Below are positions 39,952-51,710 of a DNA stretch of 64,000 bases, one piece after another. The position numbers were made by a program, and so were the translations under genes. The stretch covers positions 186,001-250,000 of the forward strand of contig RSEE01000043.1 in the NCBI GenBank assembly GCA_003971905.1, in the 5' to 3' direction. The notes beneath the pieces are model-generated. The model was not told where the DNA came from and made no database searches. It was given only the letters and a program-made list of their open reading frames with translations. The DNA comes from Moniliella sp. 'wahieum' (lineage: Eukaryota). Each line of letters begins with the position of its first letter. Position 1 is the first letter of the stretch.

Positions 39952-42900
39952 CTAAACAGCGGAGGACTTCCGCCTCGGATGCGGTGACGGTTGACGCGAA
40001 GGCACGGCGTACATGGGCAGAGGAGGGGAAGGCATAGGCATAGGCATGGGCATGGGCATCCCCATCCCCATCCCCATCCCCATTCCCATTCCCACTCCCA
40101 TTTGCTGAAGATGATGCTGATACGCATGGTGCTGTTGTAATTGAAGTTGCTGCATTTGCATCTGCATGCACTGCAGCTGGGTCATCGGGATTGGCTGCAT
40201 CGGCATGCCCATCGGAGCTCCATACCAGCTCTCGCGGGGGAAGAAGCAGTTCGGTGCATGCCTACGCTCATTCCACCGGCGCGGACGTGAGGGACGTCCG
40301 GCTTCCCGAACGCAACGCATACTGTTCTCCTGCCCCTTTCTTACGAGACCGACGCGTGTCGTCAACGATCAAACGAGATGCCGATCGGGGGGTCAACGTG
40401 CCGCCCCGTCCTACGTTGGTAGAGGACGTAGGCCGCAGCACAGACTTGGGGTCCAATTTGATCCCAGACGCACGTGGTGTGTCGGATGGGTAAGTCATGC
40501 CCCCCGTCCGCATCGGAAGGTGTGGCGGGATGGGGTGGACTGGTGGCACTCCCGCTCGTTCCCGATCCCGATAACCGTGTTTCCGATGCTGAGGAAGGCG
40601 TGGCAGGTCCGGGCACTTGCTCAGTCGACGTGGGACGAGTATGTGTCCCGGCAAACACCTGCGCAGGCGCACGGGCCGAAGCATGGCCAGCACCGTACAT
40701 TGGATCCAACAGGGTTTGCGACGTCCTAGAACTTTGCCTCCGGTCACGATTTTGGCGCAACAAGGCCTTGTGCGCTTCTTGCAGTTGTAGTTCACGAGCG
40801 TGCATGTCCCGTCGCTTGGAGAGCTCACTCGCCCCGCTTTGGGCACGCGCACGTTCCCCCCCGCCACTGGAGCGAAGAGGGTTAGATACTTGGGCGCTTC
40901 CATCGACGGAGGTACGGCGGGCTGCTACGGTCTTTTGATCGGAGAACACTTCCATCCTCAAGAGCGGAGAGGGACGGTGCATGTCCACTGCACTGCTGGA
41001 CCTAGAGGGGGGAAGGATACGTCCCCCCTTGGCCAAGGGTGTGCCCTGTGCCCGACGCTGTGGGCTCGGGGAGGTGCGGCCAGTCGAGGTGGAGTCTGGG
41101 GCAGACAGAGGTGTTAGGGAACTATCCCTTGCTGGCCAGAGCGTTGACAGTGGTCGTTCTTCCTCCGAATCTGACTCACTCGCCGCTTCGGGCACAATGG
41201 CAAATTCGGGCACAGCCTCGCTCCTACGGCGCGGCAAGCTAGGCGTCCCCAGTGCCGGTGTGGTAGGTGCGACGGGCAAGGAGGTGGAACGGGGAACGTA
41301 AGGTCGCATCAACGTCTTTTCTTCCTCTTCCCCTTCCTCGACATGCTCCAACGATAAGGGCGACCGTTTGAGCGGCGTGGAGGACCGAGTGAGCCTGTCC
41401 ATTGATAAAGAGCGAGGTGGAGTGGGAGTGTGCGCCCCAATGCCAGGTATAAGCGAGTGCGTCGATTGGCGCCGATTGGCCATGGTGATCGTCACATCGC
41501 CCTCCTCGTCTTCCCCGCCGGGGGACACGGTCAGGGGCAGCCAAGGCGCTGAACGGCGCCTGGAGTTGACCGATCCTACCGTGGCCATTGACAGGGTCGA
41601 CTGGCGCTTGGCCGACGCAGAGAGGAAAGGAAGCGAATCCTGTTCCTCCCCGGGCCCAGTCCCGGTAGTAGGGGAGACAACGTGGCTGAACCGGCGATAA
41701 CGGAAGGGTGAGTCAGATGCGGTGGAGGGTAGAACAGTAGAGAACGGACGTTGTCGTCCGGGTTGCCTCGACCGTGCAGCAGGGGCAGAGGGCTCTTGCT
41801 CACGTCCTTGGCTCGTTGTAGCAACGAGGGCCTGCATCCGTGGGCTGAAGGATAAGGGCTGCATACCTTGTCTCGCGCCGACAGAGCGGGATGTAAGGTC
41901 CGTCTCGTTTGGTTCCACGACCCATTCGCAGCACCGGTCTTCAACCTGGGACGCGCTGCCCACCGTGCCAAGCCATGCGATGGGGTAAGGACTTGGCTGT
42001 TGGGCTGGACGACCAGAGGTGAGACCAGTGCTTCAGCCCGAGCTGTCTGGCCTGCCCGACCGGCCAAACTCACCGGATGGAGGAACAAGGTTCTGGCCGT
42101 ACCGCTTTTCGAGCGGGACAAGCTCCTGGACTTGAGATGAGGAAGCAGATGTCTTTTCTGGGTTCAAGAGGCGCATAAGGATCAAAGAATGGCCGAGGGC
42201 CGCACGGAGATGACGTGCCGCACCGTAGGTGCTCTCATGGGCATGGACAGCACGAGACAAGTTCATACTCCTCGGAAACGTCAAATCGGTCACCAGTCCC
42301 TTGTTGACAGTCTGAGTGGCGGTAACGAGGAGCGCTTGTACATCCGGGCTCAGTGTTCCAGCTGGAGATACCATCGCGGCCAAAACAGTGGACCGATGCT
42401 ACGAGTACTTCGGGACCAGGACTTGCTGCGCTAGGTCCTCCGCCGCCAACATAGCCTCTTTGAGGGCAACGGCGATCCGAGGCTGGAGCTTGAGTAAAGT
42501 GCAGTTGTACAACGCCCTTTTTGTTCCCGAGTCGAGCATGCCAGTGCGTCGGGGATAACAGGCGGGGAACTTGATGAATCATGGTACTTTTCCTGCGTGC
42601 TGCGCTGGATGAAAGGATAGGCGATCGGGCCTTTTTGAATGCAACTGCAGAAGCCAAGGTAGAGAGGCGTGGGATCTTGATGCCGAGAGAAGCACGGGGA
42701 CCTGTGGGGGCGCTCGAAGCGTTGGAGCCCGGCTCAATGGTCGTATCTGACAGCAACGACGATGTGGAGGATAGGACAGTGGGTCGCTTTGACGTAGACA
42801 ATACCACTGGCGTCTGGAATGGTGGGAGGGTATTGGTCCTTAGCCATGTCGTTCACGAGGAAATTGGATGAGACCGACGCCGAGACTGAAGCAATCGAGG

Positions 42901-44343
42901 GGGCGATGCCCTCCTGTTGAGTCCCGAGCGACGGGGATGCGGCCAAACGGACGGGTGCGTTCACAAGATCGGTACCAGGCCCTAGGGAAGGCGTCAGCTC
43001 TGGCGGAGATGCCAATAACTTCCAAGGAGCAAGGCAGGTTGGCCGGGCGTCAGGCCAGGCTCCAAGTTGAGTGCGTCGGCAAGGAAATCAGGCACAGGGA
43101 GAGGGGGAGGCTGTGATGAGCGTGGCAAAGTCGACGAAACCGTGGGGGATGTCTACGCAAACCCGTATCCCTGTTTGGCTTCATCGGGTACTCAATGATG
43201 CATGGGGGGGCGGTGCCAATTCTTCCTTACTAGCAGGCGGCAATCCGGATTGAGATGTTGGGCGGGGTGATCTGTGCGCAAGTACATGTCAGTATGTATT
43301 TTCAACAAGCAATCATAATCAATAGGGTGAAAAGCACATACGGTATGGACTTGGCCCTGGGCATTGACAACCTGGCCCGGCGAAAGGTCAAGACCGTCAA
43401 GGGGGGCAGCCACATCAAGTATGTGGAACGACTCGGTACCATCATCGGCGCGGACGCTGTTAGAGGCAATGGTGGGGGGCACAGATCGTGCGAAGAAAAG
43501 AAGACGCTCGGTTCTCGGTGACGGATCATTGGTGGTCGCGGGACGAAGCTAAGCTAGCGAGGGGGAGGCGGTGTACTCCCCCTGCTAGTTGAAGTGAGGG
43601 CTGGGTAAGTCCAAGGACTTGATTTCGGGCGAAATCCAGCCACCACATCTGGCAAGATTGGGGTGAGCGTATCCGACCCCACAGGAGCAGCCGCTGACGT
43701 TTCCCGACCTGGCGCGTGGCTGGAGGGAGAGTGGATGCTTTTTTGAGCAGCCGAGGGACCCTGAGCAGAGCTTGGTCCATCGCTTCTCCTTGCGAGTCAC
43801 CATTTTGTTCCGTCTCATATGGGGCGGTGGGTTGGGTCTCCACGGGTGAAGGCCCGGGCGACGCCATCTGGACGTCAGTCACGGGGGAAGGTGGTGCGGT
43901 GACGGACAGGTTTGGAGCGGGAACAAGGGTCGGAGAGGGATAACAGAGTGGGGAGCTGGTGCCGGTGCTGAGGGGGCGTGTCGGAGCCAAGGGGCATGGG
44001 GCGGGACAAGGGAGGTGTCAGAGTTGAATGCAGGAGGGCATTCACTGTGCGCCGCCACCTGGAGGGGTCGGAGGGACGCTGGGGCCGAGTCGAGCTGGGC
44101 TGTGCTGCTGCTGCCCGAGGGCGGTGGTAGTCTGGCTAGCCAGGAGGGAAGCCGAGGGGTGGAGGCGGAGGCAGGGGGGAGGGCAGCAGAGGGGGGAGAG
44201 GCCAGGCTGGAGCAGGCGGCAGGGGGGAGATGTGGGTTTGCGTCGGGGTTTCCGCGGAGGGTTGAGGCGGGCGGCGGCGCGGGAAAGAAGCCGCGAGCGC
44301 GTCCAAAGGCGGAGGAGGAGGAGGAGACGGCGCGGAGAGGCAT
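39952..44343 (-). CDS. Large low-complexity hypothetical protein (possibly more than one gene)
   Basis: Chain of overlapping minus-strand ORFs from 44343 down to 39952. Ser/Pro/Arg-rich, with a short coiled-coil (RELQLQEAHKALLRQ) and a Q/M-rich (MG)n(MP)n tail. No family recognised; ends uncertain. Confidence 0.5.
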
Positions 44344-44907
44344 GTCGGAGCAGCGGCGCAGACGACGCACACGGCGTGGGACAGAGGCAGACGAGGGGGA
44401 CGAGGAGGGGGGTGGGTGGGGGCGGCGTGGCGGCGCGATGCTGGCGGTAGAGGGCGGCTGGCATTGCGTCATCGATGAGCGCAGGGTAATCCATAAGTGC
44501 ATAAGCCAAGGGGAGCTGTGCCGGCTGTGGTGCGTTGCGCCTTGGCTTGGCTCTGGCTTTGGCTGCTTTGCCCCGCCACATGCGCTGGGTGGGAGGCGCA
44601 CCCTGGCCAGGCACCACACTATCCCGCCTGCTGCCCGGCAACGCTGGTGTGCTGCGGGCCGCATGCAGAGGTAGACGCAGGACTACGCAGTACGACGCAG
44701 TGCGCATGCGTACGTAGGGTTGGCGCTTGGACGGCTTTTCGTCTTGTCTCCGTAGCGCATGCGCTCGAGTGTGGGTCTCAGACTGGGATCTTAGATCGCA
44801 GATCGCACAGGCGATCTACACTGCTCCTCCGTCGCCCATCCATCACAGCGCCGCACTGCCCCCACCCGCCGAGAGGATGCGCCGCAGCGTGCCATTCTGT
44901 CATTCGC

Positions 44908-45346
44908 AGCTTCAAGCTTCAAGCTTCAAGCTTCACGCTTCACGAGCTTCACTGCGCAAGCTTCAAGCCAACCAAGCCTCCTGTCCTCAGCCTCGCATGC
45001 TCAGTCTCTTGGGTACTCCAACTGCTCAGTTCATTCATCATGGCACGTTGAGGCTCAGGCGCGCAGGCTTACAGTACTTCACGCCCCAGGCACTCAGGAC
45101 TCGCATGTACTCAGCACACTCGGTTTTTTACTCAGCTCAGGCGCTCGCGCTGCTCGGGCTCCCAGGCTGCGCACACAGGGTCAATGATTAATCAACGCCA
45201 CTGCAACGTGCTCCGACTCAAAGCGCCACCTGAACTCAGCTGCATTCTGACAGGGCGTGATAGTAGCAGCGCACAGGCTGAGCGCTGGCATTGAACGTTA
45301 AACGTTAACGTTAAACGTTAAACGCGTTCAACGTTCAACGTTCAAC
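44908..45346. repeat. Cluster of period-7 palindromic-hexamer repeats, (AAGCTTC)n and (AACGTTM)n
   Basis: agcttcaagcttcaagcttcaagcttca at 44908 and ttgaacgttaaacgttaacgttaaacgttaaacgcgttcaacgttcaacgttcaac at 45291. Confidence 0.85.
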
Positions 45347-45900
45347 CTCGCAAGCGCACAGTCGCACCATGTCCACCCCACATCTACCAACGCTCTCCTT
45401 CCAACTTCAGTAGCTGTTCAACTATATAATACCGGTAACATACCACTCTATCTTCAGTAATTGTGTGCTCGTATATCTGCCGCGGAGCTCGCATCCAACA
45501 TCCATCCCAGTGCCCTTGTGAAGCTTATAACCGAAGTACGTAAGTACTATGGCGCGACGGACCGGTCACGTACCGACATGTACACCGGGCCGACACGAAG
45601 CCCAACGCGCCCTAATGCGACCGTTGTCGCGTTGTCCCACCGGGTCTCCAATGGTAATTGAGAAATCTCAGGAATGCATTTTGAGTGTGGTCTTTGGAAT
45701 CGCTCGCATATTTGTCAAGCTTCAAGGTCAACAATCAGCCATTGTTAGTGTAGCCGGTCGACTGACAATGGCTGCCATCAAAAAAAAAGAAAAGAACGTA
45801 CTGCGCAATTCCGTAGCATTTGCAATAGTTGGCGCTGTAGTAGGCACATCAACGCATCCACAACTCCTGGCTGCTGCCGGGTTCGCTTCCAAAAAGCACG

Positions 45901-46053
45901 CGTTCCATGTTGGGCTCGAACCAACGACCTCCCGATTATCACAAGACCGACCCGTCATTTCGAGCCAGGCCATCCCACTCCCGGTGCCGGGAGGGAGTTA
46001 CAGGGGGTACTGGATTAACAGTCGGACGCTCTAGCCAACTGAGCTAATGGAAC
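45901..46053 (-). tRNA. tRNA-Asn (GTT) with a 79-nt intron (45937-46015)
   Basis: Acceptor stem GTTCCAT/ATGGAAC+G; D-arm GCTC/GAGC; anticodon stem TCCGA/TCGGG with loop CT-GTT-A^A; T-arm GTTGG-TTCGAGC-CCAAC; TTTTT Pol III terminator 5 nt downstream. Confidence 0.95.
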
Positions 46054-47097
46054 TTGTTCGTACCTGGCAAAAGCAACCCGACAAAACTGTGGCACCTGAA
46101 GATAGTTAGACGATCCTCTCGACAGTATTGGGTGCGCGTAAACCCAGGCACGTGCCAACAACAACTGCCTTCCTTTTGTTGTACGCCGCGTTATTGGTTA
46201 GGGTACGTGATTTACATTGACCTCTGTCCGCGGTTTATATATAGTACGACCGCGCGCGATCTGTTTGCGGCATTGTAAGACACCAGCGCGCCGCGCCCGG
46301 CCGGCTTTTGATGTTATGGCTGCTGTGGCATGTGGCCTGAGATCTGAGATCTCCTCGATCCCCGAGGCCCGAGGCCTGAGTTCCTGAGGATATATCCTGG
46401 GCCTGATCCTGAGAGGCTGAGAGGCCTCAGCTTGAGGTCCGCTGAAGCACACTGGCCTGCGCTGGCTCAACAGGCTGGCCCACACCGGGCATCCAATATT
46501 CATCGATCATCGATCATTCGATCATCCGCGATTGCGCGTTCTGAAAAAGTCAAGTATGTTTCGCCACACTGCGAGGCGTGCAACAGTATTATAGCGGCAC
46601 TCTTTTCAACACTACATTGTGCATAGCTAGCTACCTGCAAGCTGTACGCCCGATGAGCTCGATGAGCGAGTCTGGTAGGCGCAGCACGCAGATGGGCATT
46701 ACGCATTATGTTTCCTCGCCCCCTATCTATGTTTTGCAACGATGCTATATGAATACAACCGACAGTCCAAAACACATATACCACTACTAACTGCTGCGGT
46801 GTAGCGGCAAACAGCCACTTAGTCCACCCGAAGAACGGTGTGCTACGCTTTTCCCGCGGAGCAGATTCTGTTGAAGCTGTACAAGTTTGAAAACCTTGAA
46901 TGCGCCGATATCAACGTGTTGTGTATGGCTGTCTCGTCTCGCTAGGCTCAGGACCTGTGACGCTTTATAGGGCCCTTTGCAGCTTCTGTGCATATATTTG
47001 CACCCGCGGAGGCACTGGTATACTTGGTTGGCCACTTCCACACTTTTTCGTATGTCCCAGCCACCCTCGCTTTTATCATACACTCAATCATCTTGCA

Positions 47098-48485
47098 TGT
47101 TGACTGTGATCCTCTGGCTCCCAGTCGGTAGACCAGGTTCGCCTCGGTTCCATCGGCTTCCACGCTGACGTCCCTGCGTGTCACTGTCCCTGTGCCCTGC
47201 ACTCTCTCCTGTGTGACTCACTGTCCCTGTGCCTAGTCCAGCCTCCTATATAGATGCCTCTGTACCCAGACCCAACTCTGGCTCCAATCCATCACCTTCT
47301 CCTCATCCTTCTGCCCGTCCGGCTCCCTAGGCCAACAGAGCTACAATCTGATCCCCCCGGAAGGGGAGCGCTCTTCAAGCAAGCCCACCCCCAAGCCTAC
47401 AAGCCCAAGCTAAGCCGCCAAGCCCACAAGACACCCGTCCTCCCGCCCAACAACACCACCGCCAATCGGCACCTTACCGCCACAATCGGCATACTACCGC
47501 CACAATCGGCATACTACCGCCACAATCGGCACACTCGTCCCCCACAGATGGGGCAATGATTTTTAGGGACAACACACGACGGAACAAAACGTGTCGGGTA
47601 TCGTCAACGAGACGAAATTCCTCCAACGACAAAACGGCGCAGGCGAATCGCAGAAAGCGGGGGTGGCTGCTATCAATCCACCCACGGCTACACGCCCCGG
47701 ATTGCCAATTCATCCGGGGCACCTGGGGAAAGGATGGGGGGGGTGGTCACCCAACTTCTTCCACTCCTCTTTTTCAACAACAAAGAGAACCCAACAGATC
47801 AAGACGGTTGACGCATAGCGCCCGTTCATTTCCCATGCCCAATGGACCCCACTGGCACCAGGCATGCGGAACCAAACAACTACCAAACGCATCCAATTTT
47901 GATGCCAAACGACCTTGGACCGCATTTACTCCAAGTTTCCAATTTTTTTCACTACACCTATAACTGGTGCTTTTACTTTGCCCACCAAATCGCTTCGGGC
48001 GCAACCCCTACTACTTTTACTTCTAAGACTTCTACAAGCATCTGGCGGTCGCACAATACACCAAACAAGCGCTCGGCTCGTTCAGGTGTCATCCTGGACA
48101 GGGGGGTGTAGGCCAGTCGTGTGGCCATGCCAACTCAGGCCATTCGTCCCGGTTGCCACTCACTCAGTCCTCCCCTCTCTACATCCACTGGCAGGAGCTC
48201 ATCCCACAACCGATGTCTCCGGGTTCCCTGGCCAGCGGGGGTGTTGACTGTGATCCTCTGGCTCCCAGTCGGTAGACCAGGTTCGCCTCGGTTCCATCGG
48301 CTTCCACGCTGACGTCCCTGCGTGTCACTGTCCCTGTGCCCTGCACTCTCTCCTGTGTGACTCACTGTCCCTGTGCCTAGTCCAGCCTCCTATAAGATGC
48401 CTCGTACCCAGACCCAACTCTGGCTCCAATCCATCACCTTCTCCTCATCCTTCTGCCCGTCCGGCTCCCTAGGCCAACAACAACA
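47098..48485 (+). mobile_element. Non-autonomous LTR retroelement (TRIM-like / internally deleted)
   Basis: Near-identical direct repeats 47098-47337 and 48242-48479 with TGTTG...CAACA ends and an internal TATATA. G-run before the 3' LTR. TTGCA at 47093-47097 and 48486-48490 (5-bp TSD after an extra ACAACA). No intact gag/pol. Confidence 0.9.
47475..47534. repeat. 20-bp tandem repeat (TACCGCCACAATCGGCATAC)x3 inside the LTR element
   Basis: Directly visible, with a degenerate fourth unit just upstream. Confidence 0.9.
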
Positions 48486-49893
48486 TTGCAAGGAAAAGTG
48501 GGTGTTCTTCTACCCACAGTTGTTAGCGTGACCACACAGGACAGAGGTTTCTGTATCAAAAACGACATCAACTATCAAACGATGTGAAGTGTGACATGTG
48601 AAGCTTGAAGCTTGTGAAGATTCCTTGTTGAGGTAGCGCCCCCGTCTCCAACACATTATAACGCGTTATAGGGCAGCACGTCTTGAGCACGTCCTTGGCA
48701 TGGGAGAGCGACACTTTTCAGCGTGTCTCATGATCTCGTCCGCGTGTTTCCTATTGCCCCACTGCTAATCAGTATGGCGGTAATATTTGACAGTGAAGCT
48801 TGAAGCGTGCGCGTGAGGGACGCTTGAGCTGATATATCCCCTCTTCGTGTAGTGGTCCCATCCCGTAGAGGGCGGACCTTTTGCATCCGTCCGGAATGAG
48901 TGTCGTTTTATACATCCCTCTTGCTCGCCTTCTGCCAGGTGAACAAGAATGATGCGGATCCTTTCATCTCTTGTGCATTTTTCCGGCCTATTATTGGTTG
49001 GTACTTATATGTTACATCGTATGCATCCAGATCGACACCGTTTTGAGATATCAGTCAACCAAATGCAGTGGGGTAGTATTTTCGTCAACGATGTTGCCTC
49101 CAGTTCGGCATGTCAGCCTGTAAGGTAGAGAACACGACATGCTCACAGCCAAAATCCAATTCACTTTTCATCATCTGGTCCGCATGTTTCTTCGGTCCAG
49201 ACCGTCCATACGTTGTGTCAGTCACATCGCTCTCCAGTCTCCTGTTGACTCACATACTAATAATGGCAACTTGGATAGATTATAACGCAAGTGCCCCCAC
49301 GGATAGGAACCTATTACACGTAGAAGTTATATAGTAGACTGCGAGAGTGATGAATTGATCCTAACAAACGATCATCTCAGCTGTGGAACAAAGGCTCCTG
49401 GCCATTACTGTCAAAAAACAAGCAATTCTTTCTCTCCTAATATCCTTCTGTCTAGGTTCAAACGGATAGCTCCTTTCCGTCTCGCCACCACTACACACAA
49501 CTGCCGTATATAGGCACCACGCAGCAGAAGCCAATGCCATGAGCAGGATACACTCTACTGTGAGTATTGATTCCATATCTTTTCCCCGGGCGGAGTTCTC
49601 TCGGTTAACCACAGGCCAACTACGTGTTCTCATTTCTCCAACTAACTCGAAAACAAAATGCAGACCTGAGAGAGGCAGACTGAGAGAATGGGAATGGACG
49701 AATTGGTTCGGTGAATCAGAATGATATATGACCACGTCTCAAACGCGTGTTGATCATAGAGTGTCGGCGCTTCAGGAGAAGTTTGTCCTGCCTTGAACGA
49801 AGGCGATGATGCCAAGAGAGAACAGGGAAACTCATGGATTGCCTCAACATCCAATAGCAAAAGACAAAATTGTCAATCACAACAGGCGCGCAT

Positions 49894-50351
49894 TTAAGCG
49901 CTCTTGCTCTTGTGGTGCTTGTCCTTGTGCTCCTTAGACTTGTGTTCCTTGGGCTTGTGCTCCTTGGACTTGTGCTCCTAGACTTGTGCTCCTTGGACTT
50001 GTGGTCTTCCGCACGCTTGCTGGCCGTCGGCTTGGCAGCCTTGGACTTGTGGTGCTTGGTCTTGTGCTCCTTGGTCTTGTGCTCTTTGGTCTTGTGTTCC
50101 TTGGTCTTGTGCTCCTTGGACTTGTGGTGCTTACGCGCCTCCAGTTCCGGGCAGCAACCCAAATTCACGCTCCTGCAAGTTCTGGTTGCCAGACACGTCC
50201 ACCGCACGTTCAGCAACAGGCATGTTGTTCACGGAGAGTGCCTCTATAGCGAGAGAGTTTGGGTCAGCCGCTGGAATCAAAATAGGAGTTGCTTGTACTC
50301 ACGAGCACATGCGGCAGAGACCGCGAGGACAGCGAGAAGGGAGAAACGCAT
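49894..50351 (-). CDS. Secreted His/Lys-rich repeat peptide precursor (KEHKT/KEHKS repeats)
   Basis: TATATAAT near 50450; MRFSLLAVLAVSAACAQA signal; GTGAGT...CTATAG intron 50244-50302; pro-region ending LEAR; repeat blocks split by KR; stop after KHHKSKSA. Needs two 1-bp corrections. Confidence 0.8.
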
Positions 50352-51710
50352 GTTGGTAGAGAGAAGTTGGACGTGAAGGGGGGAAGGGTGTCGCGGAGGA
50401 GTGAGGAGGGTTGAGGGTAGGGGGTGAAGAAAAGGACACGAGGGGGGATTATATATACCCGTTAGATCTCCGGTATGGGCAGCGGGTGTGCGCATGTTGG
50501 ATTGGGGGCTGCGATTGTGCCAGGGGGGTCAAACTGGGCAGCAGGCCACAGTTTCTCGCCCGCGCGTTCCGTTGAGGGACTTTGGGAACCCCCTGCCACC
50601 AGTCGCTCCACGGCTTCTCGGCTCTCGCATCGGCAGACTTGTTGAATAAGAGTAGGCTACAGCCCGCCATCGGACTTCGGCGTCGTCCGCATTCAGCCCC
50701 ACATTTTTGGCTCCGACGCGCAGCGGCTCACAGTGGCTCAGCGTTATGGCACAGGAGTGGTGTGGTCTATGCGCTTAGCGCTACCGGTTACCGGTTACCG
50801 TTAACGTTTAACGTACGCTTACCTCCCAACCGGAGCGAGCGATCCAAGATTCAGAACACGCACACAGGCCCTGTGCCAACCTGTCACGGCAAATCGAGTC
50901 GTTCGCGCTCGCCGCTCGGGACCAGTGTCGGTAAACAAGAGACCTCTGAGCGCTCTGAGCGCTGAGCCTCAGCAGACGTTCGCGCTCGGTCACATTCTAC
51001 ACTGGCACCGTGCCTTGCATATTGTGTGATCGAGAGCAGCTCATGATGTTCTTCGCTCTGGTCCGTGTGCCGCGGACTGCGAGCTGCGCGTGGCCATTCG
51101 CGCTCGTTCTAGACCACGGCGCAAAACGGCTCGTGATTCGCGTTATTACCTCGATTACCCCCACACGGCGTTCCTGTGATCCTTTGTACCTTTGTGCACG
51201 AGCCACGTGTTGGGTCGGGAGCGCAGGGCAGAACGTGTGGAGGGTAACAGAACAGCCCATCCTGCCCTTCTGCGGCGTCCACAAGCTCCATGCTTCCCAC
51301 GACCCCCCCCAATTAATTAATCAAACGTTTCCTGTTTAATCTGAGATCTGATCCGAATCGCCAATGAAACGGGAGCGTCGGCAAACGTTTCGCTCCTGAG
51401 AGCTTTTGATGACAAAGTATCACATGGAAAGAGCGCGAGGCTATACGCAGGACAGGAAAGCACGCTATAGCTCGTACGCGTGATGCGCGTGATGCGGCGC
51501 TCAACTGACTCGCTCAGGCAAAAAGCACGACATATATACCAACGGAGCGACGGGTTAACGTATCAACAACTAAAGCAAGGTGCCGGTGACATACAGTCAT
51601 TAAGTGACGAGAACGTGCGCGACGAAGGCGTTGAGGACGACGATAAGACGCTAGGAAGGCAACGTGGAGAGGATCGCGGGTGAACGGGGGGAGAGCAGAA
51701 AGATATGCTC

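Noticed and set aside
47098..47337. Retrozyme (hammerhead-carrying LTR)
   Set aside because: No CTGANGA/GAAA core found by eye on either strand of the LTR. Other ribozyme classes would need an Infernal search.
47457..47534. Possible CRISPR array
   Set aside because: Head-to-tail 20-bp repeats with no spacers, no cas genes, eukaryotic context.
48500..49850. Lower-GC stretch with a 124-aa ORF (49361-49735)
   Set aside because: No motifs, terminal repeats or evident codon bias, so neither a gene nor a transposon call is supported.
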